A DNA stretch of 64,000 bases from contig JAGWXF010000004.1 of assembly GCA_018970025.1 (NCBI GenBank), forward strand, positions 63,485-127,484. Direction: 5' to 3'. Both the position numbers and the translations under genes were made by a program. The notes under the pieces were generated by a model. It ran no database searches. It saw only the letters and a program-made list of their open reading frames with translations, and had not been told where the DNA came from. This DNA comes from Actinomycetales bacterium (GTDB lineage: Bacteria > Actinomycetota > Actinomycetes > S36-B12). Below, piece after piece: positions 48,286 to 58,429 of the stretch (the stretch's first letter is position 1; each line of letters begins with the position of its first letter).

Positions 48286-49078
48286 CCACCGCGCCTGCGC
48301 GGATGCTCGCCAGGTCCAGGGCTGCGCCCGCGGCGAGCACGACCAGTTGCGTCGGCGCACCGACCAATGCCCGGGTCGCCGGCACTCCGCCGCGCACGGC
48401 ATACAGCGCCCGCTGCCACCGCGTCATGTCGCGCTCCGGCTCGGTGGCCGTCGGTACGATCACGGCCGCGCCGACCGCGACCACCGCACGCGCGACGGCC
48501 GCCGGGCCAGCGGTCACCGGCATGACGACCGCGCGCACCGAAGAGCAGGGCAGCAGTGCGATGTCGACACGTGCCTGCTGGCGGGCCACGTGAACCGTGG
48601 GCTGATGGGGCTCGATCCAGATGCGCCCGACAGTGACGCCATCCGGGTCGCGTCCCTCGATCAGGTAGCCGACCGCGATGAGGCCCAGTGGCAGGCCGGT
48701 GCGCGTCACGGTGACCTGCAGCCGGCTGCCATCCGGGCAGGCCAGGGTGATCGAGGCCCCCGGGCGAACCGGGTGGGTGCGCTGGCAGCCAGCCCGGCGC
48801 GCGACCCGCACGGCCCGCGGCGGGCCGTACACCGACACCTCGCGCAGGAGCGACAGGGTCATCGGGCGCGCATGGTCGCTCACGTGCGTGCACAGCAGCA
48901 CCCCGATGGCCGCCGCTCCCTCATCCGCCAGCTGCGCGGGGGTGATGAAGCCGGCCGTGTGCTGGCGGTCGAAGCTGCCGGTGATCGGCTCCGGCGTCAG
49001 CCAGGGATCCACCAGCAGGCTTGCCCCGCCTAGCCGCACCTGCCAGCCCTGGTAGTCGTCCAGTCGCCTGAGCTCCAT
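48260..49078 (-). CDS. Metallo-beta-lactamase fold protein (degenerate motif)
   Basis: LLVDPWL, LLCTHVSDHA, GYLIE, VIVPT. Confidence 0.7.
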   Translation of the reverse strand: MELRRLDDYQGWQVRLGGASLLVDPWLTPEPITGSFDRQHTAGFITPAQLADEGAAAIGVLLCTHVSDHARPMTLSLLREVSVYGPPRAVRVARRAGCQRTHPVRPGASITLACPDGSRLQVTVTRTGLPLGLIAVGYLIEGRDPDGVTVGRIWIEPHQPTVHVARQQARVDIALLPCSSVRAVVMPVTAGPAAVARAVVAVGAAVIVPTATEPERDMTRWQRALYAVRGGVPATRALVGAPTQLVVLAAGAALDLASIRAGAVATGDAAGE

Positions 49079-49124
49079 GGCGCCTCCTTCGGCGAGAGGC
49101 GACCAGCCTGCCATGTCGGCTGCG

Positions 49125-50045
49125 TCAGAGCCCGTGCCCTCGCAGGAAGGCACGATTGTCGCGCTGATCGGCAGCCGCGCGGGCGAACCGCTCGGAGGTC
49201 TGGGGCATGATGTCCTGCTCCACGACCAGCCAGCCGTCGTAGCCGGAGTCGATGAGCTGGCGCACCACGCCGTCGACGTCCACGTCACCGCCGCCGAGGG
49301 CCGGGAAGGCCTCGCGCACCCAGATCGCCGGGGTGGGCTCGCCATCGGCGATGATCCCCTCCATCACGGCCCGCTGGGCATCCTTGAGGTGGACGTGGTT
49401 GATGCGCCCGCCCCAGCTGCGCAGGGCTTCGACTGGGTCCCCGCCGCCGATCAGGAAGTGGCCGGTATCCAGGCACAGGCCGATATCGGAGACCTCCAGC
49501 ATCCGCTCGATCTCCCACGGCGCCTCCACGAAGGTGCCCGTCTCATGGTGGAAGGTGGGCTCGTATCCACGCCCGCGACAGCGCTCCACCACGCGGCGCA
49601 GGCCGGTCGCGAACCGCTGCCAGGCGTCGTCGTCCATCCCCATGCTGCGGTCGCGCCACGCCCGGCCCGGATTCGCCCGGCGGAACTCGCTGCCGGCATC
49701 GGCCAGGGTGGGCCGTGGTGCCGGGCCGATGCGATGGGCTGCCACCGCGTCGAAGGTGTCGAGCATCGCGTCGAGCTCCGGCAGCATCGCATCGACGCCA
49801 TCGGGGTCGGCGTAGGGGAGCTCGAGGTAGGCACCGGCCAGGCCGAGCCCGCGGGCGGCTAGCCGCTCGCCAAGCTCGGCACCCGAGCCCAGGTAGCCGA
49901 CCGGGCCGAGGTCGATACCGGCATAGCCCGAGGCCGCAACCTCATCGAGGATGCCGGTGCCATCCGGGACATTCGGGTCGATGCCCACGGTCAGCTCGAA
50001 GGCTCCATAGCTGATCGGCGCATTGGCCACGGTGATGCTCATCAT
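49125..50045 (-). CDS. iolE: Inosose dehydratase-like sugar phosphate isomerase/epimerase (TIM barrel)
   Basis: ANAPISYG, FHHETGTFVE, LCLDTGH, HVHLKD, GYDGWLVVEQD. Confidence 0.75.
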   Translation of the reverse strand: MMSITVANAPISYGAFELTVGIDPNVPDGTGILDEVAASGYAGIDLGPVGYLGSGAELGERLAARGLGLAGAYLELPYADPDGVDAMLPELDAMLDTFDAVAAHRIGPAPRPTLADAGSEFRRANPGRAWRDRSMGMDDDAWQRFATGLRRVVERCRGRGYEPTFHHETGTFVEAPWEIERMLEVSDIGLCLDTGHFLIGGGDPVEALRSWGGRINHVHLKDAQRAVMEGIIADGEPTPAIWVREAFPALGGGDVDVDGVVRQLIDSGYDGWLVVEQDIMPQTSERFARAAADQRDNRAFLRGHGL

Positions 50046-50072
50046 GCTCCTTGTCGGTGAGGGTGCCGCACG

Positions 50073-50861
50073 TCATTCATCCATGCCGCGCACATCATCC
50101 ATGCCGCGCAGCTCATGGGTCAGGGTCTCCAGCTCGGCTCCCCCGGCCATCTCGCGGACCAGGTCGTCCAGGACGAGACTGTCGCGCTCATAGCTGGCGA
50201 TGAGGCGACCGCGGTTGAGCAGGGAGAAGGTGTCGCCGACCAGGTAGGCGTGATGCGGATTGTGGGTGATGAAGACGACGCCCACGCCGCTGCGCTTGGC
50301 CGCGGTGATGTACCGCAGCACGACGCCCGCCTGCTTGACGCCGAGCGCACTGGTCGGCTCGTCGAGGATGAGGATCCTGGCCCCGAAGTAGATGGCTCGC
50401 GCGATCGCAACGGCCTGTCGCTCGCCGCCGGAGAGGGTGCCGACGAGCTGGTCGACATCGCGGACGTTGATGCCCATGCTCGCCAGCTGGGCGGTCACTT
50501 CCTGCTTCTGCCTCCTGATGTCCAGCCGGCCACCGGCACGCGCGATCTCATTGCCCAGGAAGAACGCCCGCCAGATCGGCATCAAGGGCTGCGGGGCGAG
50601 ATCCTGGAAGACGGTTGCGATTCCGCGATCCATGGCCTCCCGGGGCGAGGACAGCCGCACCTCGGTGCCGTCGATCCGATAGGCACCCTCATCCGGCTGG
50701 TAGACCCCGGAGAGAATCTTGATCAGGGTCGACTTGCCGGCGCCGTTGTCGCCGAGCACGCAGGTGACCGAGCCGAGAGGGACGTCCAAGGAGACATCCC
50801 GCAAGGCGATGACGTTCCCGAAGGTCTTGCCGACCCCGGCCAGCTCGAGATAGCCGCTCAC
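50073..50861 (-). CDS. Sugar ABC transporter ATP-binding protein
   Basis: [53 protein letters not shown]. Confidence 0.92.
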   Translation of the reverse strand: MSGYLELAGVGKTFGNVIALRDVSLDVPLGSVTCVLGDNGAGKSTLIKILSGVYQPDEGAYRIDGTEVRLSSPREAMDRGIATVFQDLAPQPLMPIWRAFFLGNEIARAGGRLDIRRQKQEVTAQLASMGINVRDVDQLVGTLSGGERQAVAIARAIYFGARILILDEPTSALGVKQAGVVLRYITAAKRSGVGVVFITHNPHHAYLVGDTFSLLNRGRLIASYERDSLVLDDLVREMAGGAELETLTHELRGMDDVRGMDE

Positions 50862-51907
50862 TTGCGCTCCCCGAGCAGCCGGCGACGGAACCAGTTGTTG
50901 ATCAGGACGGCCACCACCAGCATCACGCCCAGGAAGAACTTGTACCAGTCGCTGTCGATCTGGGCGAAGATGATGCCCTGCTTGACGATGCCGAAGAGCA
51001 GGGCGCCCAGGGCGGCCCCGATCACCGAGCCGTAGCCGCCGGTCAGCAGGCAGCCGCCGATGACCGCGGCAATGATCGCCTCGAACTCCTTGCCGGTGCC
51101 GCGCAGCACATCGGTGCCCTTGAACGTCACCAGCTGCGTCACGGCCACGAACCAGGCCGACATCGCGGTGAAGACGAACAGGGTGATGCGCACACGATTG
51201 ACCGGCACCCCGAGATTGCGCGCGCCGTCGAGGTTGCCGCCCGTACCGTAGACCCAGTTGCCGAATCGCAGCCGGGTCAGTGCGTACGTCCCGCCGAGGA
51301 CGAAGATCACCCACCACACGACGGTCACGTTGAAGCCGAAGATCTGCGAGCCGAACACCGCATGGGCGGAGTCGAAGCCGGGGACGTCCTCCAGGCCGCC
51401 GAGCTGGGTGCGATCGGTGACCAGCCGCGTCACGCCGATGGTCAGGCCTGCCAGGGCGAACATCATCCCGAGGGTCACGATGAACGAGGGCAGGCCGGTG
51501 CGCACCACCAGCCACCCGTTGAACAGGCCCACCAGCATGGCGAAGACGCCCGACACCGCGATGGCCAGCCAGACGTTCTGCTGCATCTGGATGGCGACCA
51601 GGGCGGTGAGCATGCCCGTCGCCGCGATGACCGAGCCGATCGACAGGTCGAACTCCCCGGCGATCATCAGCAAGGACACCGAGACGGCGAGGATGCCGAT
51701 ATCGGCCGCGACGGCCGTGTAGTTGCGCACGCCGTCCAGGCCGATGAACACCGAGCCGGCATAGAAGGCGAAGACGATCCAGACGATGATCGTGCCGAGG
51801 AGGGCACCGAACTCCGGCCGCGACAGCAGGCGGCGGGTCACGCTGCGGCGAATGAGCCGATCATCGGCGGGCCCTGCGGTGACGGTGGACATGGCGGCTC
51901 CGGTCAT
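50858..51907 (-). CDS. Sugar ABC transporter permease (RbsC family)
   Basis: [39 protein letters not shown]. Confidence 0.92.
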   Translation of the reverse strand: MTGAAMSTVTAGPADDRLIRRSVTRRLLSRPEFGALLGTIIVWIVFAFYAGSVFIGLDGVRNYTAVAADIGILAVSVSLLMIAGEFDLSIGSVIAATGMLTALVAIQMQQNVWLAIAVSGVFAMLVGLFNGWLVVRTGLPSFIVTLGMMFALAGLTIGVTRLVTDRTQLGGLEDVPGFDSAHAVFGSQIFGFNVTVVWWVIFVLGGTYALTRLRFGNWVYGTGGNLDGARNLGVPVNRVRITLFVFTAMSAWFVAVTQLVTFKGTDVLRGTGKEFEAIIAAVIGGCLLTGGYGSVIGAALGALLFGIVKQGIIFAQIDSDWYKFFLGVMLVVAVLINNWFRRRLLGERK

Positions 51908-51964
51908 GACGGCTCGGGCAGTGCGCTGCGGCTGGCGTCCAGGGCCGGGTCAGCCGCATGACGT

Positions 51965-51999
51965 GTCCCGGTGCCCGAGGGGGGGTCGGGCACCGGGAC
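51965..51999. terminator. Perfect 14-bp intercistronic hairpin after the substrate-binding gene
   Basis: gtcccggtgcccga-ggggggg-tcgggcaccgggac. Confidence 0.65.
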
Positions 52000-52005
52000 C
52001 GTCTG

Positions 52006-52995
52006 CTAGCGGATCCCCGCCTTGGCGAGCTCCACGACCTGGGCGGCGTTGTCCTTCGTCACGAAGTTCGGCCCGGTGGTGAGCACCCCGCCCTGCCCCG
52101 GCCCGGGCAGCACGCCATAGCGCTTGTACTTGTCGAGCATGACGATCGGCAGGTAGCCCATGAGCCACTGCTGGCTGTCGATCGCGAACGACAGCTTGCC
52201 GTCGGAGATCGCCTGCAGCACCTGAGGCGACAGGTCGAAGGTGCCGATCACGACCTGACCCGTCTTGCCCGATGCGTCGATCGCCGCGATGGACGGATCT
52301 GCGCCGAGCGGGCCGAGGGCCAGGATCGCGTCGACCCCGCCATTCGACAGGGCCGCCTGCACCTTCTGCTGCACGTCGGTCGGGTCGGTCCCGTTGACCG
52401 CGAGGTTGGTGACCGTCGCGCCTTCGGCACCGTCCTTCAGCCCGCGGCAGCGATCCTCGAGGTCGCCGTTGCCCTGCTCGTGGTTAACGCACAGGATGTT
52501 CTTCGCGCCATCGGCCACCAGCTTCTTGCCGGCCGCGACGCCGTTCTCGTAGGAGGTCGTCCCGACATAGCCCAGGGTGCCGAACTCCTTGGCCGCATCG
52601 GGCCCGGAGTCGATCACCAGGACGGGAATGCCCGCCTGCACGGCCTTGGTGACGGAGTCCTTCAGCGCGGCAGCATCGGGGATCGAGACGACCAGGCCGT
52701 CAGGATTCTTGGCGACCTCGGCGTCGATGAGCCGGCTCATCTCGACCATGTCGAACTTCTGCGGTGCCTGGTAGGTGACCTCGTCGCCGGTGTCCTTCTG
52801 CGCCTCGGCGACGCCGTTCTTGACCACGGACCAGTACGGATCCGATGCCTGGCCATGGGTGACGACCGAGATCTTCAGGCCGCCCGCCGGGCCGTCGCCC
52901 GAGGCGGACTCGCTCGACGATGAACTGCTGCAGCCAGCCAGGCCGGCCACCAGGGCGACCGATGCCAGCGCAGCGAGGGAAATGCGGGTCTTCAT
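52006..52995 (-). CDS. Sugar (inositol-type) ABC substrate-binding lipoprotein
   Basis: Lipobox LAGC; VTHGQASDPYWSVVKNG, NHEQGN..LEDRC, GTFDLS, AIDSQQWLMGY; AGGAGG RBS. Confidence 0.9.
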   Translation of the reverse strand: MKTRISLAALASVALVAGLAGCSSSSSSESASGDGPAGGLKISVVTHGQASDPYWSVVKNGVAEAQKDTGDEVTYQAPQKFDMVEMSRLIDAEVAKNPDGLVVSIPDAAALKDSVTKAVQAGIPVLVIDSGPDAAKEFGTLGYVGTTSYENGVAAGKKLVADGAKNILCVNHEQGNGDLEDRCRGLKDGAEGATVTNLAVNGTDPTDVQQKVQAALSNGGVDAILALGPLGADPSIAAIDASGKTGQVVIGTFDLSPQVLQAISDGKLSFAIDSQQWLMGYLPIVMLDKYKRYGVLPGPGQGGVLTTGPNFVTKDNAAQVVELAKAGIR

Positions 52996-53055
52996 GGACT
53001 TCTCCTCCTGTCGACACCACGGGGTGATGCGTGGGGCAGGCTCGACGCCATTCTC

Positions 53056-53108
53056 TGAGAACGTTCTCACCCGGGCCTGACCCTAGGTAGAGTGACGCCC
53101 GCTGTCAA
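53056..53108 (-). promoter_or_regulatory. Sigma70-type promoter with downstream LacI-family operator
   Basis: TTGACA (53108-53103), 17 bp, TAGGGT (53085-53080); perfect palindrome TGAGAACGTTCTCA at 53056-53069. Confidence 0.8.
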
Positions 53109-53156
53109 CGACTTCTCGCAGATTCCCGAGGGGTCTGAACCGAATCGAGGTCCCGC

Positions 53157-54257
53157 ATGGCCGAGGCGATTCATGCCGCGCTGGTCGGCGCTGGCCTGGT
53201 CGGCCAGGTCGCCCACCTGCAGACCCTGACCGCGCCCGGCTCACCCATCCGGCTCGCCGCCATCGTCGATGCCTCGCCGACCAGGGCCGCCGCCCTCGGC
53301 ACCGCCCACCACGTCCCGCATGCCACGAGCCTGGCGGGCCTCGCAGACACAGTCTCGGCGAGCCTGGATGCCGTCGTCATCGCCGCGCCCGACCCAGCTC
53401 ATCATGACCTGGCCAGCACTGCCCTGGGCATGGGCCTGCATGTCTTCATCGAGAAGCCCCTGGCCCTCACCCCGACCGAGGGCGCAGCGATGCAGGCAGC
53501 AGTCGCTGCCAGCGGACGGGTCTGCCAGGTCGGCTACATGAAGCGGTTCGACCCGGCTCCCAATGCGCTCCTGGACGACCTGCTCCGACGCGCTGCCCGC
53601 ATCACCGGGATCGCCGTCGAGGTCCGCGACCCGGATGCCGCGCCATTCGTCCGCGACTTCCCGTTCGTCCCGGGCACGGACGTGCCCAGCAGCGTCGTCG
53701 AGGAGGGTGCCCGCCGCTTCGCCGAGGCGGTTGCCGAGGTGCTCGGCCGGCTGCCCGAGTCTTCGGACGCGACCGCGTACGCCTCCTACATCAGCGCCCT
53801 GGTGCATGACCTGAACCTGGTGCGCATGCTGGTCCCAGAGGCGATGCGGGTAGAGGCAGGATTCACGGCAATGGGCGGCCTGCAGGTCGGCATGCACCTG
53901 CGCACCGCCAGCGGCTGCCTGATCCGGATGACCCATACCCAGGATCCATCGATCGCCGACTACGAGGAGCGGTTCACGGTCTACACCACGCGCGGGGTGT
54001 ACGAGATGGTGTTCCCCGCGCCCTACCTGCTGCATGCGACCACGACCCTGCGACGCATCGATGTCAAGGACGCGACCGAGCGCAGTGAGATCGCCTTCAT
54101 CAACGACAGCACCGAGGAGGCGTTCGTCCTCGAGCTGCACGCCTTCGCCGATGCCATCCAGGCCGGGCGCACCACGCCGGTCGCGAACGACGTCGGCGAG
54201 GCGGTGGAGGATCTCCGGCTGCTCGGCGAGGCCTTCCGATTGAGCCGTCGCAACTGA
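53157..54257 (+). CDS. Gfo/Idh/MocA oxidoreductase (inositol dehydrogenase-like)
   Basis: VGAGLVG, HVFIEKPLA, QVGYMKRFDP, LVHDLN. Confidence 0.87.
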   Translation: MAEAIHAALVGAGLVGQVAHLQTLTAPGSPIRLAAIVDASPTRAAALGTAHHVPHATSLAGLADTVSASLDAVVIAAPDPAHHDLASTALGMGLHVFIEKPLALTPTEGAAMQAAVAASGRVCQVGYMKRFDPAPNALLDDLLRRAARITGIAVEVRDPDAAPFVRDFPFVPGTDVPSSVVEEGARRFAEAVAEVLGRLPESSDATAYASYISALVHDLNLVRMLVPEAMRVEAGFTAMGGLQVGMHLRTASGCLIRMTHTQDPSIADYEERFTVYTTRGVYEMVFPAPYLLHATTTLRRIDVKDATERSEIAFINDSTEEAFVLELHAFADAIQAGRTTPVANDVGEAVEDLRLLGEAFRLSRRN

Positions 54258-55279
54258 TGCGTCCGCCGACGATCATCGAGGTCGCCGCGGCTGCGGGTGT
54301 CTCCAAGGCGACGGTCTCCCGTGTCCTGCGCAATCAGGGCCCGGTGAGCAACGAGGCGCGCCAGGCCGTGCTGCGTGCGGTGCATGATGTCGGCTATACG
54401 CCGAATCGCGTCGCGCGCTCGCTGAAGGAGCGGGTGTCATCGGTCATCGGCGTCGTCGTCGCCGACCTGGCCAACCCCTACTACGTCGACGTGATCCACG
54501 GGATCCACCAGGCGGCCGACGAGGCCGGCCAGCAGGTCATCATCGTCTCCGGCCACCAGGTGGTCGGCGGCGAGGAGGCCGCGATCGAGACCCTGCTGGA
54601 GTTCCGCGTCTCGGGCATCATCCTGGCGAGCACCAACCTGCCGATGGCCACCATCGGCCGGCTGACGAAGGGCCTGCCGGTGGCGATCGAGGGCCGGTCG
54701 GACACGCCGGCCAAGTTCGACCTGGTCACCAGCGACGATCATGTCGGCGGCCGGCTCATCATCGACCACCTCGTCAGCCTCGGCCATCAGCGCATCGCCC
54801 TGCTGGAGGACGACTCCCCGTCGGGCAAGGATCGCAAGGACGCCTTCACCGCTGCCCTGCGCGCCAGCCAGCTGGCATCGCAGGCCCGGCACGCCACCTG
54901 CCCGTCAACCTCGGAGGGCGGTCATGAGGCCGTGACGCGACTGCTGAGACGGGGCAAGCACCCCACCGCTATCGCCTGCGCCGATGACGTCATCGCCATC
55001 GGCGCGATGTCAGCGCTGCAGGAGGCGGGCCTGTCGATCCCCGATGAGGTGTCGGTCACCGGCTTCGATGACATCGGCCTGGCAAGCCTGCGCCAGTTCG
55101 ACCTGACCACCGTGCGCCAGGAGCGCTGGGAGATCGGCCGTCGCTGCCTGCAGCTGGTGCACCGGCGCGCCCAGGACGACACCGTGCGAGCCTCACGGTC
55201 GATCCTGCAGCCCCGACTCGTCATCCGCGGCTCCACTGCTCCCGTCCACCGCATGGCGTCCGCGGGATCGCCGGCCTGA
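54257..55279 (+). CDS. LacI family transcriptional regulator
   Basis: TIIEVAAAAGVSKATVSRVL, YTPNRVARSL, SVTGFDD, LTTVRQ, LVIRGST. Confidence 0.94.
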   Translation: MRPPTIIEVAAAAGVSKATVSRVLRNQGPVSNEARQAVLRAVHDVGYTPNRVARSLKERVSSVIGVVVADLANPYYVDVIHGIHQAADEAGQQVIIVSGHQVVGGEEAAIETLLEFRVSGIILASTNLPMATIGRLTKGLPVAIEGRSDTPAKFDLVTSDDHVGGRLIIDHLVSLGHQRIALLEDDSPSGKDRKDAFTAALRASQLASQARHATCPSTSEGGHEAVTRLLRRGKHPTAIACADDVIAIGAMSALQEAGLSIPDEVSVTGFDDIGLASLRQFDLTTVRQERWEIGRRCLQLVHRRAQDDTVRASRSILQPRLVIRGSTAPVHRMASAGSPA

Positions 55280-55450
55280 TGACAGCACGGCCGTCAGGCC
55301 GATGATCCCGGCCGCCAGCACCGCGAGCGGCACCACGACCCTGCCGTCGATGGAGACATCCGCCAGGTTGGTGACCACGACGGCGGTGGCGGCTGCCAGG
55401 ACGAGCAGCCCGGCGATGAGTGATCCCAGGTCGAGCGCATGCCTATGCAC
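55193..55450 (-). CDS. Small two-TM membrane protein (pspC-locus type)
   Basis: MHRHALDLGSLIAGLLVL...VVVPLAVLAAGIIGL; GGAGG RBS. Confidence 0.65.
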   Translation of the reverse strand: MHRHALDLGSLIAGLLVLAAATAVVVTNLADVSIDGRVVVPLAVLAAGIIGLTAVLSSGRRSRGRHAVDGSSGAADDESGLQDRP

Positions 55451-55871
55451 GATTCACCTCCACGGTCCCCATGCCGACCCGCAACTGCAGTGTCACCATC
55501 GCCTGGTCGGCCGGCACCAGCACGATGATGGTGCCCATGTCGACGCGCGCCAAGATCGGGATCCGCGCAACGGCTGATTCCGGGGTATCGAGATCCGAGG
55601 CAGTGAGATCCGGGGTAGTGAGATCGAGTGCAGTCAGGTCCGGGGTCGCCGTCCCCATCCCCAGCGCCTAGCCATTGGCCGTCTCACTGGCGGCGATCGG
55701 GCGCCAGGTCTGGTCGCCGATGGTGCTCGCGCTCCCGGTGCTGTCGTTGCGCCACGCGATGACGCCCGTCCCTGGCGTGGATGACCCCAGGACGAGGATG
55801 AAGGCGAGCAGGCCGATGACGGTCAGGCCGAGGAACATGGTGAACGCACCCAGTGGGGAGGGTGACCGCAC
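55443..55871 (-). pseudogene. Degraded PspC/LiaF(DUF2154)-like membrane protein
   Basis: ORFs 55668-55871 and 55443-55658 are in the same frame, separated by one TAG: IGDQTWRP...*ALGMGTATPDLT...RVDMGTIIVLVP...LQLRVGMGTVEV. Confidence 0.55.
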
Positions 55872-56000
55872 AGGCTTCGATGCAGGCGACGATGAGCAGG
55901 GCCGGCACGCCGGCGGGCCTCGCTCGCCGGCCGCGCAGCGGCTGACGGGGCTCCTCGGTCATTGACCAGTGCCGGGATTCCATTCATGCCATAGTGCGCC

Positions 56001-57194
56001 ATGCCAGCGAACGCATCGATCGACGGAGTCGTCGCACCCGGGTACGAGCCGGTCGCCGAGGCCTTCCGCCGCAACTTCACCGATGGCCGCGAGCTCGGGG
56101 CGGCCTGCGCCGTCAGCGTGGGCGGCGAGCTCGTCGTCGACCTGTGGGGCGGTGAGCGCACCCCCGGCCAGCCCTGGCAGCGGGACACGATGGTGAATGT
56201 CTTCTCCACCACCAAGGGTGTCTCCTCGATCGCGGTCGCGCACGCGCATGCCCGCGGGCTGCTGGACTTCGATGCAGCCGTGGCCGCCTACTGGCCCGAG
56301 TTCGCCGCCGAGGGCAAGCAGGACGTCACTGTGCGTCAGCTGCTCTCCCACCAGGCGGGCCTGTGCGCGATCGACGCACCACTGGATCTGGCGATCCTCG
56401 CCGACCCCGACCGGCTGGCCGATGCGCTCGGGCGGCAGCGCCCGGCCTGGGCACCCGGCGACCTGCACGGCTATCACGGCATCTCGCTGGGGTGGTATGA
56501 GAGCGAGCTGGTACGCCGGGTCGACCCGAAGCACCGCACGATCGGTCGGTACTTCGCGGACGAGATCGCCACGCCCCTGGGCCTGGACTTCCACATCGGC
56601 CTGCCGGATGACGTCCCCGACGATCGACTGGCCCGCCTGCACGCCCCGCAGTACGCGGCCCGGATGCCATTGCATATCCGCAAGCTGCCATCGGGCTTCG
56701 TCCGAGGCTTCCTGACCCCGGGCTCCCTGACCGCCCGCACGTTCTCCAACCCCAGGGTGCTGGGCCAGCCTGCCCGCTACAACGACCGGGCAATGCTGCG
56801 CATTGAGCTGCCGGCATCCAATGGCGTCGGCACGGCGCGAAGCATCGCCATCGCCTACGGCGATCTCGCGATCGGCTCCCCGCGCCTGGGCATCGGACCG
56901 GCGACCCTCGACGGGCTGCGCGAGCCGGCCCAGGACCCCCGCCTGGGCCTGATGGATCAGGTGCTCAAGCAGCAGACCCGATTCTCCCTCGGCTATTGCA
57001 AGCCCTGGCCCGGCTTCGAGTTCGGCTCCCCCGCCGCCTTCGGGACCCCCGGTGCAGGCGGCTCATTCGGCTTCGCTGATCCGCAGCTCGGGATGGGCTT
57101 CGCCTACGTCATGAACCGGATGGACTACTACCTGGTGAGCGATCCGCGGGAGCTTTCAATTCGGGAGGCGGCCATCGCCTGCGCCGGAAGGTGA
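56001..57194 (+). CDS. Serine hydrolase, beta-lactamase/EstB (family VIII) type
   Basis: VVDLWGG, FSTTKG (SxxK), LLSHQAGL, HGYH, FGTPGAGGSFGFADP. Confidence 0.9.
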   Translation: MPANASIDGVVAPGYEPVAEAFRRNFTDGRELGAACAVSVGGELVVDLWGGERTPGQPWQRDTMVNVFSTTKGVSSIAVAHAHARGLLDFDAAVAAYWPEFAAEGKQDVTVRQLLSHQAGLCAIDAPLDLAILADPDRLADALGRQRPAWAPGDLHGYHGISLGWYESELVRRVDPKHRTIGRYFADEIATPLGLDFHIGLPDDVPDDRLARLHAPQYAARMPLHIRKLPSGFVRGFLTPGSLTARTFSNPRVLGQPARYNDRAMLRIELPASNGVGTARSIAIAYGDLAIGSPRLGIGPATLDGLREPAQDPRLGLMDQVLKQQTRFSLGYCKPWPGFEFGSPAAFGTPGAGGSFGFADPQLGMGFAYVMNRMDYYLVSDPRELSIREAAIACAGR

Positions 57195-57203
57195 GAGCCG
57201 CGA

Positions 57204-57350
57204 GAACACCGTGTAGCCACCGTCGATGGTGAGCACCGATCCGATCATGGAGGACGACGCCTGGCTTGCGAGGAGGACGATGGCAGGGCCGACTTCGGTT
57301 ATCTCGCCGGGTCCCTTCAGTGTTGTGTCCTGGATCCACGGACCTGGGAT
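57204..57350 (-). pseudogene. C-terminal remnant of an SDR oxidoreductase
   Basis: WIQDTTLKGPGEITEVGPAIVLLASQASSSMIGSVLTIDGGYTVF, the classical SDR C-terminus, with no N-terminal Rossmann fold upstream. Confidence 0.65.
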
Positions 57351-57384
57351 TTCCGGCCGATGCACCTGCGAGTGCTCCGTCCGC

Positions 57385-57910
57385 TCGTGGACGTGGCAGT
57401 CGAGTCCCGGTCGGCGTACAAGTCGCGCGTGGCCTGGTTGAACTCCTGGCGCGCCTGCGCGGGAAACAGCACGGCGCTCACCCCGGCCGACAGCAGGACG
57501 CCGTTCATCATCAAGCGCGGTGCCCTTGTTGCCGTCGAAGTCGAGCTGGTTGTCGGCCGAGAAGAGGAAGGAGGCCGCAGCCTTCTCGAACGGCTCATCG
57601 CACCGCTCGAGGGCATCGAGTTCGCGTGCATACCGGGCTCGCAGGCGTGCCCCTCCTAGCTCGGTCGGAAGCGGGAGTGCGTCCCTGGTTCTCCGAGGTT
57701 GACCGACACCTCCATGATCATGGCGCCCTCTCCCGGAAGTGACCCGATTCGCGTGCCTCAACCGAGGCGATCGCTGCATGCAGCGCATCAGACGCGTCCG
57801 TGGTGACTGCAAAGGTTTCCGATGAGACCAGGTCGCGCAGCAGGACGTGCCCATCCCGCAGTCGCGGCATCTACTGGGCATCCGTGACCCTTCGGCCTCC
57901 AACCGTGATC
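57385..57910 (-). pseudogene. Fic/Doc-family pseudogene with frameshifts and a stop
   Basis: Pieces across frames: ITVGGRRVTDAQ* (TAG at 57873-57871); LHAAIASVEARESGHFR; VNLGEPGTH/PLPTELGG; FLFSADNQLDFDGNKGTA, then a frameshift to RLMMNGVLLSAG...EFNQA. Confidence 0.65.
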
Positions 57911-57990
57911 GGCCACGCCTCGGTCGAATTCCGCCAGCGCCTCCTCGGTGGAAGCCACGTCGACCCCAAGTCGTGCGCCGACTCGGGCCC

Positions 57991-58386
57991 ATGACCGCTG
58001 CAGGAGGCCCACCGAGCACCTCCCCTCGGTGGGCACGAGCGGCACTGGTGGCAGCCCTGCTTGCGATCATCCTGGCGCTGCCCTTGGCTTTCGTCGAGTA
58101 CATCGCGCTGCTGGTAGTGGCGGTCCTGGAGTCGGATCCGTGGAACTGGGCCGGGTTGATCGCAGGCGTCCTCATGGTGATCGGTGGCGCGATCGCCTTC
58201 GGGCTGCCGCTCGGCGCACCGGTCCTCGCATCACGGGCGAGTCAGGCCGGCCCGGCGATTCAGACGAGCCGGACCATCATGGCCGCGCGCATCCTGGCGA
58301 TCCTGGCACGACTGGTCGTCGTTGCGTCCTCGGCGTTCTTGGCACTGACCGTCGCCCGGGCGTGCAGTCTCGATGGATGTGGATGA
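57991..58386 (+). CDS. Hypothetical membrane protein (3 TM)
   Basis: Hydrophobic ORF from ATG 57991. Confidence 0.55.
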   Translation: MTAAGGPPSTSPRWARAALVAALLAIILALPLAFVEYIALLVVAVLESDPWNWAGLIAGVLMVIGGAIAFGLPLGAPVLASRASQAGPAIQTSRTIMAARILAILARLVVVASSAFLALTVARACSLDGCG

Positions 58387-58429
58387 ACGGGAACCGGAAG
58401 GCCCGTCGGTGCCCGTCCGCAACGGTGCA

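Noticed and set aside
50076-50112. 18-bp-period duplication at the ATPase 3' end ([11 protein letters not shown])
   Set aside because: A trivial local duplication in a non-conserved tail.
57156-58175. 339-aa minus-strand ORF as a real gene
   Set aside because: It is a chimera crossing the Fic and SDR relics in mixed frames and overlaps neighbouring genes.
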